Source: Cereibacter sphaeroides 2.4.1 (GTDB taxonomy: Bacteria > Pseudomonadota > Alphaproteobacteria > Rhodobacterales > Rhodobacteraceae). From it: 32,000 nt of DNA. The DNA lies in the NCBI RefSeq assembly GCF_000012905.2, contig NC_007493.2:300001-332000 (forward strand), in the 5' to 3' direction. Positions 12,697-22,514 of this stretch are shown here, piece after piece (within the stretch, counting starts at the first letter, position 1; each line of letters starts with the position of its first letter). Both the position numbers and the translations under genes were made by a program. The notes beneath the pieces are model-generated. The model was not told the DNA's origin. It searched no databases and was given only the letters and a program-made list of their open reading frames with translations.

Positions 12697-12903
12697 ATGA
12701 CCACCGCCCAGGAACTGCGGTCCAAGACCCCGGACCAGCTCCGCGACCAGCTCGTGGCGCTCAAGAAAGAGGCCTTCAACCTCCGCTTCCAGCAGGCCAC
12801 CGGCCAGCTCGAGAACACCGCCCGCATGCGCGCCGTCCGCCGCGACGTTGCCCGCATCAAGACGGTCCTGAACGAGATGGCCGCTTCGGCCGCTGCGAAC
12901 TGA
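12697..12903 (+). CDS. rpmC: 50S ribosomal protein L29
   Basis: 68 aa. ELRSKT..QL...[18 protein letters not shown] is typical L29. AAGGAAAGAGG lies upstream. Confidence 0.98.
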   Translation: MTTAQELRSKTPDQLRDQLVALKKEAFNLRFQQATGQLENTARMRAVRRDVARIKTVLNEMAASAAAN

Positions 12904-12916
12904 GAGGAAGCCTCCC

Positions 12917-13159
12917 ATGCCCAAACGCATCCTGCAAGGCACCGTGACCAGCGACAAGAACGAGCAGACCGTGACGGTCCTCGTCGAGCGCCGCTTCAAG
13001 CACCCGCTGCTGAAGAAGACGGTCCGTCTGTCGAAGAAATACCGGGCCCATGACCCGGAGAACCAATTCAAGGTCGGCGACATCGTCCGCATCGAGGAAT
13101 GCGCGCCCATCTCGAAGACGAAGCGCTGGAAGGTCGTGACCGACGCCGTCGTGGCGTGA
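12917..13159 (+). CDS. rpsQ: 30S ribosomal protein S17
   Basis: 80 aa. [25 protein letters not shown]...K.YRAHD is typical S17. Confidence 0.98.
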   Translation: MPKRILQGTVTSDKNEQTVTVLVERRFKHPLLKKTVRLSKKYRAHDPENQFKVGDIVRIEECAPISKTKRWKVVTDAVVA

Positions 13160-13232
13160 CGTCCGCCTTTCTGCCTGAACGAAACCCTGGGGCCGTGGGA
13201 TCTAGCGGTCCCCAAAGGTCGGGAGAAACCAA

Positions 13233-13601
13233 ATGATCCAGATGCAGACCAATCTGGATGTCGCTGACAACTCCGGCGCTCGCCGAGTTCAGTGCATCAA
13301 GGTTCTGGGTGGTTCCCACCGTCGCTATGCCAGCGTCGGCGACATCATCGTGGTGTCGGTGAAGGAAGCCATCCCGCGCGGTCGCGTGAAGAAGGGCGAT
13401 GTCCGCAAGGCCGTCGTCGTGCGCACCGCCAAGGAAGTCCGTCGTGAAGACGGCACCACCATCCGCTTCGACCGCAACGCCGCCGTCATCCTGAACAACC
13501 AGGGCGAACCGGTCGGCACCCGTATCTTCGGGCCGGTCGTGCGCGAGCTGCGTGCCAAGAACTTCATGAAAATCATCTCGCTGGCGCCGGAGGTGCTCTG
13601 A
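13233..13601 (+). CDS. rplN: 50S ribosomal protein L14
   Basis: 122 aa. [17 protein letters not shown] is near-invariant L14 sequence. Confidence 0.99.
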   Translation: MIQMQTNLDVADNSGARRVQCIKVLGGSHRRYASVGDIIVVSVKEAIPRGRVKKGDVRKAVVVRTAKEVRREDGTTIRFDRNAAVILNNQGEPVGTRIFGPVVRELRAKNFMKIISLAPEVL

Positions 13602-13906
13602 TGGCTGCGAAGCTGAAGAAGGGTGACCGCGTCGTCGTGCTGGCCGGCAAGGACAAGGGCAAGCAGGGCGAGATCACTGCGGTGATGCCGAAGGACAACA
13701 AGGCCGTGGTCGAGGGCGTGAACGTCGCCATCCGCCACACCAAGCAGACGCCGACCGCCCAGGGCGGCCGTCTCGCCAAGGCGATGCCGATCGACCTGTC
13801 GAACCTCGCGCTGCTCGATGCCAACGGCAAGGCCACGCGCGTGGGCTTCCGCTTCGAGGGCGAGAAGAAGGTCCGCTACGCCAAGACCACGGGGGATGTC
13901 ATCTGA
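13601..13906 (+). CDS. rplX: 50S ribosomal protein L24
   Basis: 101 aa with a KOW motif ([20 protein letters not shown]). The TGATG junction shares one base with rplN. Confidence 0.98.
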   Translation: MAAKLKKGDRVVVLAGKDKGKQGEITAVMPKDNKAVVEGVNVAIRHTKQTPTAQGGRLAKAMPIDLSNLALLDANGKATRVGFRFEGEKKVRYAKTTGDVI

Positions 13907-14466
13907 TGCTCGACCAGACCAACTACACCCCGCGCCTGAAGGCGGCCTATGCGAACAGCGTTCGCGCCGCCATGAAGGAAGAGTTCGGCTACAAGAACGA
14001 CATGCAGATCCCGCGTCTGGACAAGATCGTCCTGAACATGGGCGTCGGCGAGGCGGTCAAGGACACCAAGAAGGTGAAGACCGCTGCGGAAGAGCTCTCG
14101 ATGATCGCCGGCCAGAAGGCCGTCGTGACCCACGCCAAGAAGTCGATCGCCGGCTTCCGCGTGCGCGAGCAGATGCCGCTCGGCTGCAAGGTGACGCTCC
14201 GCGGCGACCGCATGTACGAATTCCTCGACCGTCTGATCACGATCGCGCTGCCCCGCGTCCGCGACTTCCGCGGCGTGAAAGGCAACTCGTTCGATGGCCG
14301 CGGCAACTACGCGATGGGCCTCAAGGAGCAGTTCGTGTTCCCCGAGATCAACTTCGACAAGGTCGACGAGGTTCTCGGCATGGACATCATCATCTGCACC
14401 ACCGCGAAGACCGACGCGGAAGCGAAGGCGCTGTTGAAGCAGTTCAACATGCCGTTCATCAGCTGA
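13906..14466 (+). CDS. rplE: 50S ribosomal protein L5
   Basis: 186 aa. [15 protein letters not shown]... and RDFRG....[16 protein letters not shown] are typical L5. The TGATG junction overlaps rplX. Confidence 0.99.
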   Translation: MLDQTNYTPRLKAAYANSVRAAMKEEFGYKNDMQIPRLDKIVLNMGVGEAVKDTKKVKTAAEELSMIAGQKAVVTHAKKSIAGFRVREQMPLGCKVTLRGDRMYEFLDRLITIALPRVRDFRGVKGNSFDGRGNYAMGLKEQFVFPEINFDKVDEVLGMDIIICTTAKTDAEAKALLKQFNMPFIS

Positions 14467-14485
14467 TCGCGGGAGAGAGAAGAGT

Positions 14486-14791
14486 ATGGCGAAGAAATCC
14501 ATGATCGAACGCGAGATCAAGCGCGCGAAGATGGTGCAGCAGTATGCTGCCAAGCGCGCCTCGCTGAAGGAGATCACCACCAACGCGGACCTGCCGATGG
14601 AGCAGCGCTTCAAGGCGCAGCTCAAGCTGGCCGAACTGCCGCGCAACTCGTCGGCCACGCGGATCCACAACCGCTGCCAGCTGACGGGCCGTCCGCATGC
14701 GTATTATCGCAAGCTGAAACTCTCGCGGATCATGCTGCGTGAACTGGCCTCGTTCGGCCAGATCCCCGGCATGGTGAAGTCGAGCTGGTAA
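14486..14791 (+). CDS. rpsN: 30S ribosomal protein S14 (long, non-zinc form)
   Basis: 101 aa. [12 protein letters not shown]... and ...[33 protein letters not shown]. No CxxC pairs. Confidence 0.98.
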   Translation: MAKKSMIEREIKRAKMVQQYAAKRASLKEITTNADLPMEQRFKAQLKLAELPRNSSATRIHNRCQLTGRPHAYYRKLKLSRIMLRELASFGQIPGMVKSSW

Positions 14792-14803
14792 GGAGATCGG
14801 GAT

Positions 14804-15202
14804 ATGTCTGTGAACGATCCGCTCGGCGATATGCTGACCCGCATCCGCAACGCGCAGCTGCGTGGCAAGTCCACGGTGAGCACGCCGGCGTCCCGGCTGC
14901 GCGCCTGGGTGCTCGACGTGCTTCAGGCCGAGGGCTACATCCGCGGCTACGAGAAGAAGGAAACCGAGAACGGCCAGGGCGAACTGGTCATCTCGCTGAA
15001 GTACTTCGAGGGCACCCCGGTGATCCGCGAACTCAAGCGCGTGTCGAAGCCCGGCCGCCGCGTCTACATGGCCACGAAGGACCTTCCGAGCGTCCGTAAC
15101 GGCCTCGGCGTGTCGATCATCTCCACGCCGAAAGGCGTCATGTCCGATGCGAGCGCACGCTCCGCCAATGTTGGCGGCGAAGTGCTCTGCACCGTGTTCT
15201 GA
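14804..15202 (+). CDS. rpsH: 30S ribosomal protein S8
   Basis: 132 aa. [13 protein letters not shown] and GGEVLC.VF are typical S8. Confidence 0.99.
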   Translation: MSVNDPLGDMLTRIRNAQLRGKSTVSTPASRLRAWVLDVLQAEGYIRGYEKKETENGQGELVISLKYFEGTPVIRELKRVSKPGRRVYMATKDLPSVRNGLGVSIISTPKGVMSDASARSANVGGEVLCTVF

Positions 15203-15212
15203 GGAGGGTTCA

Positions 15213-15746
15213 ATGTCTCGTATCGGCAAGAAACCCGTACCGCTGCCGAAAGGCGTGACGGCCTCGATCTCGGGCCAGTCGATCGAAGTGAAGGGCCCGA
15301 AAGGCACCCGCAGCTTCTCGGCGACCGACGACGTGACCCTCGCGCTGGACGAAGGTTCGGTGAAGGTGACCCCGCGCGGCACCTCGAAGCGTGCCCGTCA
15401 GCAATGGGGCATGGTGCGGTCGCAGGTGGAAAACCTCGTGACCGGCGTCACCAGCGGCTTCAAGAAGGAGCTGGAGATCTCGGGCGTGGGTTACCGCGCG
15501 CAGATGGCCGGCAACGTGCTGAAGCTCTCGCTCGGCTATTCGCACGACGTCAACTTCGAGGTTCCGGCGGGTGTCACCGTCACCACCCCGAAGCAGACCG
15601 AGATCACGGTCGAAGGCATTGACCAGCAGCTGGTCGGCCAGGTGGCGGCGAACATCCGCGAGTGGCGGCGTCCCGAGCCCTACAAGGGCAAGGGCATCCG
15701 CTACAAGGACGAGTTCATCTTCCGCAAGGAAGGCAAGAAGAAGTAA
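15213..15746 (+). CDS. rplF: 50S ribosomal protein L6
   Basis: Track ORF starts at 15147, inside rpsH. Conserved L6 starts at ATG 15213 ([15 protein letters not shown]), preceded by GAGGAGGG. Confidence 0.97.
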
Positions 15747-15757
15747 GGGGCGCGACA

Positions 15758-16117
15758 ATGGCGAACACGAAAAGAGAGCTGTTCCTCAAGCGCCGCCTGC
15801 GCGTCCGGAACAAACTGAAAGCATCGGCGAACGGGCGGCTCCGGCTGTCCGTCCACCGTTCCTCGAAGAACATCAGCGCCCAGCTGATCGACGACGCGAA
15901 CGGTGTCACGCTGGCGGCGGCCTCGACCCTCGAGAAGGGCCTGGGCTTCGTCGGCAAGAACAACGTCGAGGCGTCGGCGGCCGTGGGCCGTGCGATCGCC
16001 GAGCGGGCGAAGGCGGCCGGGATCGAAGAGTGCTTCTTCGACCGCGGCGGTTTCCTCTTTCACGGGAAGATCAAGGCCCTGGCCGACGCTGCCCGTGAAG
16101 GCGGCCTGAAGTTCTGA
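15758..16117 (+). CDS. rplR: 50S ribosomal protein L18
   Basis: Track ORF starts at 15662, inside rplF. The L18 sequence starts at ATG 15758 ([20 protein letters not shown]...[14 protein letters not shown]; [25 protein letters not shown]). Confidence 0.97.
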
Positions 16118-16128
16118 GGAGTAAGACG

Positions 16129-16692
16129 ATGGCAGAAAGAGAGAACCGCCGGGACCGTCGCGACGATCGTTCGCGCGAGGAAACCCCGGAATTCGCCGAT
16201 CGTCTGGTGGCGATCAACCGCGTCTCCAAGACCGTGAAGGGCGGCAAGCGCTTCGGCTTTGCGGCTCTGGTGGTCGTGGGCGACCAGCGCGGTCGCGTCG
16301 GCTTCGGCAAGGGCAAGGCCAAGGAAGTGCCGGAAGCCATCCGCAAGGCGACCGAGCAGGCCAAGCGCCAGATGATCCGCGTCGCGCTGCGCGACGGCCG
16401 GACCCTGCACCATGACCAGGAAGGCCGCCACGGCGCCGGCAAGGTCGTGATGCGGGCAGCCGTTCCGGGGACGGGGATCATCGCCGGCGGCCCGATGCGC
16501 GCCGTGTTCGAGATGCTCGGCATCCAGGACGTGGTGGCGAAGTCGCTCGGCTCGCAGAACCCCTACAACATGATCCGTGCCACGATGGACGGTCTGAAGC
16601 GGGAATCCAGCCCTCGTCAAGTCGCGCAGCGCCGCGGCAAGAAGGTGGCCGACATCCTGAAGAAGCCGGAAGCCGAAGTGGCGGAAGCGTAA
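16129..16692 (+). CDS. rpsE: 30S ribosomal protein S5
   Basis: 187 aa. [40 protein letters not shown] is typical S5. Has an alpha-type basic and acidic N-terminal extension. Confidence 0.99.
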
Positions 16693-16704
16693 GGAGTCCG
16701 CACC

Positions 16705-16893
16705 ATGGCGAAAACGATCATCGTGAAGCAGGTCCGGTCGGCAGCCCGCCGTCCGGCCGTGCAGACCGCGGTCCTCAAGGGCCTCGGGCTGAACAAGATG
16801 CACCGGACCCGGGAACTGGAAGACACGCCGTCGATCCGCGGCATGGTCGCCAAGATCCCGCATCTTGTCGAGATCATCGAAGAGCGCGGCTGA
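16705..16893 (+). CDS. rpmD: 50S ribosomal protein L30
   Basis: 62 aa. [11 protein letters not shown]......LKGLGL.K......[10 protein letters not shown] is typical L30. Confidence 0.97.
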
Positions 16894-16914
16894 CGCCGGG
16901 CCTTTGAAAACATG

Positions 16915-16944
16915 GGGCGCGCGGGCTTGCACCGGGCGCCCTTT
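16915..16944 (+). promoter_or_regulatory. Weak terminator-like stem-loop in the rpmD-rplO spacer
   Basis: GGGCGC (16915-16920) pairs with GCGCCC (16936-16941). An inner CGG/CCG extension is possible. Followed by TTT (16942-16944). Short stem and short T-run. Confidence 0.25.
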
Positions 16945-17049
16945 CCCCATATCAGGCGCGCGGAGAGGCGACTCTCTGCCCAACAACAAGAAACGCCGTG
17001 TTCCCTCCATCCGTCGCTGGCGGAGGGGTTCCGGCCAGGAGATAGCGAC

Positions 17050-17535
17050 ATGAAACTGAACGAACTCCGCGACAACGAAGGCGCAGCCCGCAAGAAGAAG
17101 CGCGTGGCGCGCGGCCCGGGCTCGGGCAAGGGCAAGACCGCCGGCCGCGGGATCAAGGGCCAGAAGTCGCGTTCGGGCGTGGCTCTGAACGGCTACGAAG
17201 GCGGCCAGATGCCGCTCTACCGGCGTCTGCCGAAGCGGGGCTTCACCAAGCCGAACCGCAAGGAATATGCCGTGGTCAACCTCGGCCTGATCCAGAAGTT
17301 CGTCGACGCCGGCAAGCTGGACGCCAGCCAGCCGATCGACGAGAACGCGATCGTGGCCGCGGGCGTGACCTCGCACAAGCGTGACGGCATCCGCGTGCTG
17401 GCCAAGGGCGAGATCACCGCGAAGCTCGCGCTGACCGTGTCGGGCGCCTCGAAATCGGCGGTGGAAGCGATCGAGAAGGCGGGTGGCTCGATCACCCTGA
17501 CCGCTCCGGCTGCGGCGGCCGCCAGCGCAGAATAA
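17050..17535 (+). CDS. rplO: 50S ribosomal protein L15
   Basis: Track ORF starts at 16912. Conserved L15 starts at ATG 17050 ([36 protein letters not shown]), with GGAG 7 nt upstream. Confidence 0.96.
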
Positions 17536-17635
17536 GGTTGTGGGTGCGCCTGCGGGCGCATACATCACCTGACAGTTTTCCCGCGCCGCCGACCCGGAGA
17601 ACGGATCGGCGGCGCCGTCATGAGAGAGACCGGGC

Positions 17636-18994
<1,359 letters not shown>

Positions 18995-19004
18995 GGGAAG
19001 AGTG

Positions 19005-19658
19005 ATGGTGAATGTGATACTTCTGGGGCCGCCCGGCGCTGGCAAGGGCACGCAGGCCAAGCGGCTCGAGGAGAGCCGCGGCATGGTGCAGCTTTCGACC
19101 GGCGACATGCTGCGCGAGGCCAAGACCTCTGGCTCCGAGATGGGGCGCCGCGCCGCCGAGGTGATGGACCGCGGCGAGCTCGTGACGGACGAGATCGTGA
19201 TCGGCCTGATTCGCGAGAAGCTGCAGTCGCCCGCGGCGGGCGGCTTCATCTTCGACGGCTTCCCGCGGACGCTGAAGCAGGCGGATGCCCTCGGAGAGCT
19301 GCTCGCGCAGATGGGGCAGGGGCTCGACGCGGTGATCGAGATGCAGGTGGACGATGCCGCCCTCGTGGCGCGCATCACCGGCCGCTACTCCTGCGGCAGC
19401 TGCGGCGCGGTCTATCACGACGACACGAAGCCCACGAAGGTCGAGGGCGTCTGCGACGTCTGCGGCTCGACGGACCTGCGGCGGCGCGCGGACGACACGG
19501 CCGAGGCGCTGTCGAAGCGTCTGATGGAATATTACAAGAAAACCTCGCCCCTCATCGGCTACTACTATGCCAAGGGGCAGCTGTCGTCGGTGGACGGGCT
19601 GGCCGAGATGGACGCGGTCTCTGCGGCGATCTCGAAGGTTCTTGACAAGCGCGGGTGA
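19005..19658 (+). CDS. adk: Adenylate kinase (Cys4 lid variant)
   Basis: Track ORF starts at 18951, inside secY. Adk starts at ATG 19005 ([18 protein letters not shown]-loop). The lid carries CGSC...CDVC. Confidence 0.97.
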   Translation: MVNVILLGPPGAGKGTQAKRLEESRGMVQLSTGDMLREAKTSGSEMGRRAAEVMDRGELVTDEIVIGLIREKLQSPAAGGFIFDGFPRTLKQADALGELLAQMGQGLDAVIEMQVDDAALVARITGRYSCGSCGAVYHDDTKPTKVEGVCDVCGSTDLRRRADDTAEALSKRLMEYYKKTSPLIGYYYAKGQLSSVDGLAEMDAVSAAISKVLDKRG

Positions 19659-19672
19659 CTTTGCATCCGGCC

Positions 19673-19701
19673 TTGACGGCCGGGGCAAAAGCCCATAGAT
19701 C
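19673..19701 (+). promoter_or_regulatory. Candidate sigma70-type promoter for rpsM-rpsK-rpoA-rplQ
   Basis: TTGACG (19673-19678), 17-nt spacer, TAGATC (19696-19701), about 130 nt upstream of rpsM. Good -35, mediocre -10. Position is consistent with an alpha-operon promoter. Confidence 0.3.
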
Positions 19702-19832
19702 ACGGCGTCCCGCGAGGGAATCGTCCAGCGACGGGTTTTGTCCTGCGGCGAACAGTCCGGAGCGACTGCCGGCTCCGGTGGTTGTGAAAAAAGGTCCTGG
19801 AATTACGGGACCGCAACAAAAGGAAGAAACGT

Positions 19833-20201
19833 TTGGCACGTATTGCTGGCGTCAACATCCCGACCGCGAAACGGGTTCCGATCGCGCTCACCTACATCCA
19901 TGGCATCGGCGACTTCGTGGCCGGTCAGATCTGTGACGCCGTGGGCATCGACCGCGCCCGTCGCGTCAATGAACTGTCCGACGCCGAAGTGCTCTCGATC
20001 CGCGAGTACATCGATGCGAACGTGACCGTCGAGGGCGACCTGCGTCGCGAAACCTCGATGAACATCAAGCGCCTGATGGACCTCGGCTGCTACCGCGGCC
20101 TGCGTCACCGTCGCGGCCTGCCGGTGCGCGGTCAGCGCACGCACACCAACGCCCGCACCCGCAAGGGCCCGGCCAAAGCCATTGCCGGCAAGAAGAAATA
20201 A
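19833..20201 (+). CDS. rpsM: 30S ribosomal protein S13 (TTG start)
   Basis: 122 aa. The invariant N-terminus (M)ARIAGVNIP fixes the start at TTG 19833-19835. The in-frame TGA at 19785-19787 leaves no ATG or GTG upstream. AGGAAG lies 6 nt upstream. Confidence 0.97.
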   Translation: MARIAGVNIPTAKRVPIALTYIHGIGDFVAGQICDAVGIDRARRVNELSDAEVLSIREYIDANVTVEGDLRRETSMNIKRLMDLGCYRGLRHRRGLPVRGQRTHTNARTRKGPAKAIAGKKK

Positions 20202-20214
20202 GGGGCGCTGAGAC

Positions 20215-20604
20215 ATGGCACGTGACAAGACCCGCATGAAGCGCAAGGAACGCAAGAACATCGCCGCCGGCGTTGCTCATGTGAACTCCTCGTTCAACAA
20301 CACCAAGATCCTGATCTCCGACGTGCAGGGCAACGCGATCTCCTGGTCGTCGGCCGGCACCATGGGCTTCAAGGGCTCGCGGAAATCGACGCCCTACGCG
20401 GCGCAGATGGCCGCCGAGGACGCCGCCAAGAAGGCTCAGGACCACGGCATGAAGACCATCGAGGTCGAAGTGCAGGGCCCGGGTTCGGGGCGCGAATCGG
20501 CGCTCCGCGCGCTGGCCGCCGCCGGCCTCAACATCACCTCGATTCGCGACGTGACGCCGATGGCGCACAACGGCTGCCGTCCGCCGAAACGCCGTCGCGT
20601 CTGA
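20215..20604 (+). CDS. rpsK: 30S ribosomal protein S11
   Basis: 129 aa. GVAHV.SSFNNT...I.D..GN...[17 protein letters not shown] and ...[14 protein letters not shown] are typical S11. Confidence 0.99.
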   Translation: MARDKTRMKRKERKNIAAGVAHVNSSFNNTKILISDVQGNAISWSSAGTMGFKGSRKSTPYAAQMAAEDAAKKAQDHGMKTIEVEVQGPGSGRESALRALAAAGLNITSIRDVTPMAHNGCRPPKRRRV

Positions 20605-20719
20605 CCGCACATCCATTGGGTCGGGCCGCGCCATCCGGTGCGGCCCGATCGACTTGTTCAGATCCTCGGGCGTTGCCGGCTTACGGACATGGGCTGGCGA
20701 CAGGTATGGAGGCAAACGC

Positions 20720-21736
20720 ATGATCCACAAGAACTGGGCCGAGCTGATCAAGCCGACGCAGCTGGTCGTCAAGCCGGGTGCCGATCCGGCCCGGGTCGCC
20801 ACCGTGATTGCGGAGCCGCTCGAGCGCGGCTTCGGTCTGACGCTGGGCAACGCGCTGCGCCGCGTGCTGCTCTCGTCGCTTCAGGGGGCCGCCATCACCT
20901 CCGTCCAGATCGACAACGTGCTGCACGAGTTCTCGTCGGTGGCCGGTGTCCGTGAGGATGTGACCGACATCGTCCTGAACCTGAAGGGCGTCTCGATCAA
21001 GATGGAGGTCGAGGGCCCTAAGCGTCTGTCGATCTCCGCCAAAGGGCCGGGCGTCGTCACCGCGGGCGACATCTCGGAATCGAACGGCATCGAGATCCTG
21101 AACAAGGATCATGTCATCTGCCACCTCGACGAGGGGGCGGACGTGTTCATGGAGCTGACCGTGAACACCGGCAAGGGCTATGTCGCGGCAGACAAGAACC
21201 GTCCCGAGGATGCGCCGATCGGCCTCATTCCGATCGACGCGATCTACTCGCCGGTGAAGAAGGTGAGCTACGAAGTCACGCCGACCCGCGAGGGCCAGGT
21301 GCTCGACTATGACAAGCTCACCATGCGGATCGAAACCGACGGCGGCCTGACCCCGGACGATGCGGTGGCCTATGCCGCGCGCATCCTGCAGGATCAGCTG
21401 TCGATCTTCGTCAACTTCGAAGAGCCGGAATCGGCCACCCGCCACGACGTGGAGGATGGGCTCGAGTTCAACCCGCTGCTCCTCAAGAAGGTGGACGAGC
21501 TCGAACTGTCGGTCCGCTCGGCGAACTGCCTCAAGAACGACAATATCGTCTATATCGGCGATCTCATCCAGAAGACCGAAGCCGAGATGCTCCGCACCCC
21601 GAACTTCGGCCGCAAGTCGCTCAACGAGATCAAGGAAGTGCTCTCGGGCATGGGTCTGCACCTCGGCATGGATGTCGAGGACTGGCCGCCGGAGAACATC
21701 GAGGATCTGGCCAAGCGCTTCGAAGACCAGTTCTGA
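20720..21736 (+). CDS. rpoA: DNA-directed RNA polymerase subunit alpha
   Basis: Track ORF starts at 20654. Conserved RpoA starts at ATG 20720 (MIHKNW.ELIKP...), with GGAGG 6 nt upstream. Contains [11 protein letters not shown] and the C-terminal domain [12 protein letters not shown]. Confidence 0.97.
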   Translation: MIHKNWAELIKPTQLVVKPGADPARVATVIAEPLERGFGLTLGNALRRVLLSSLQGAAITSVQIDNVLHEFSSVAGVREDVTDIVLNLKGVSIKMEVEGPKRLSISAKGPGVVTAGDISESNGIEILNKDHVICHLDEGADVFMELTVNTGKGYVAADKNRPEDAPIGLIPIDAIYSPVKKVSYEVTPTREGQVLDYDKLTMRIETDGGLTPDDAVAYAARILQDQLSIFVNFEEPESATRHDVEDGLEFNPLLLKKVDELELSVRSANCLKNDNIVYIGDLIQKTEAEMLRTPNFGRKSLNEIKEVLSGMGLHLGMDVEDWPPENIEDLAKRFEDQF

Positions 21737-21836
21737 GGGCGGGGGCGTCACGCCCCCCCCTCGGCCCCCGGGCAATCCCGCCCCAAAGAAGCCCGTCGCA
21801 CCGCACGTCGGGCAGGACAAAGCATAGGAGACCATC

Positions 21837-22256
21837 ATGCGTCACGCCCGCGGCTACCGCCGCCTGAACCGCACCCACGAGCACCGCAAGGCGCTGTTCG
21901 CCAACATGGCCGGCTCGCTGATCGAGCACGAGCAGATCAAGACGACCCTGCCGAAGGCCAAGGAACTGCGTCCGATCATCGAGAAGCTGATCACGCTTGC
22001 GAAGCGCGGCGACCTGCACGCCCGCCGTCAGGCTGCGGCGCAGCTCAAGGAAGACCGTCACGTCGCCCGGCTGTTCGAGATCCTCGGGCCGCGCTACGCC
22101 GAGCGCGCCGGCGGCTATGTCCGCGTGCTGAAAGCCGGTTTCCGCTACGGGGACATGGCGCCGATGGCGATCATCGAATTCGTCGACCGCGATCCGAACG
22201 CGAAAGGCGCCGCCGACAAGGCGCGCACCGCCGCCGAAGAAGCGCTGGAAGAATAA
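21837..22256 (+). CDS. rplQ: 50S ribosomal protein L17
   Basis: 139 aa. MRH...[10 protein letters not shown]...N.A.SLI.HE.I.TTL.KAKELR is typical L17. Confidence 0.99.
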   Translation: MRHARGYRRLNRTHEHRKALFANMAGSLIEHEQIKTTLPKAKELRPIIEKLITLAKRGDLHARRQAAAQLKEDRHVARLFEILGPRYAERAGGYVRVLKAGFRYGDMAPMAIIEFVDRDPNAKGAADKARTAAEEALEE

Positions 22257-22281
22257 GACCGTTTCCGGTCTTGGCGATTTG

Positions 22282-22316
22282 GGCCCGTCTCCTCGGAGGC
22301 GGGCCTTTTTCTTTTT
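22282..22316 (+). terminator. Rho-independent terminator ending the ribosomal supercluster
   Basis: Stem GGCCCGTCTCC (22282-22292) / GGAGGCGGGCC (22295-22305): 9-10 bp including one G-U, apical pairs open to form the loop. Followed by TTTTTCTTTTT (22306-22316). Lies 26 nt after the rplQ stop. Confidence 0.8.
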
Positions 22317-22427
22317 GGCGTCATGGACTTTTGTCCGATGGCCAAAGGGATGGGATTACCGCAAAAGGCAGTTGCAGACAGGCGGATTCACCATTGCCAA
22401 AAAACGTGTTTGCTTCATGAGATGGTT

Positions 22428-22449
22428 GTCATAAAGCTAGCTTTGCGAC
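22428..22449. promoter_or_regulatory. 22-bp dyad, candidate operator or lux-box-like site upstream of the LuxR-solo gene
   Basis: GTCATAAAGCTAGCTTTGCGAC. The core AAAGCTAGCTTT (22433-22444) is a perfect 12-bp palindrome. The outer GTC/GAC arms also match (18 of 22 positions symmetric). It sits in a 43-50% GC patch, 66 nt upstream of ATG 22515. GAATAT (22465-22470) lies about 29 bp downstream of the dyad centre. Confidence 0.3.
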
Positions 22450-22514
22450 GGCGTGGGGATCGCCGAATATCGAGCTTGTCCATCCCAAGCGATTTGCTGT
22501 GCACTGTTTCCCGA

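Noticed and set aside
19659-19832. Looked for rpmJ (L36), infA or map between secY/adk and rpsM, as in Bacillus-type clusters.
   Set aside because: No frame in the 174-nt gap encodes an L36-like (MKVR.SVK..C..C) or IF-1-like peptide. Absence of these genes, and of rpsD, from the cluster is the usual alphaproteobacterial arrangement.
21767-21777. The 11-mer CCCGGGCAATC is shared by the rpoA-rplQ spacer (21767-21777) and the bztA-bztB hairpin (29327-29337).
   Set aside because: A single 11-nt match between two sites in a 32-kb, ~67% GC window (both strands) is expected many times by chance. The flanking sequence does not extend the similarity.
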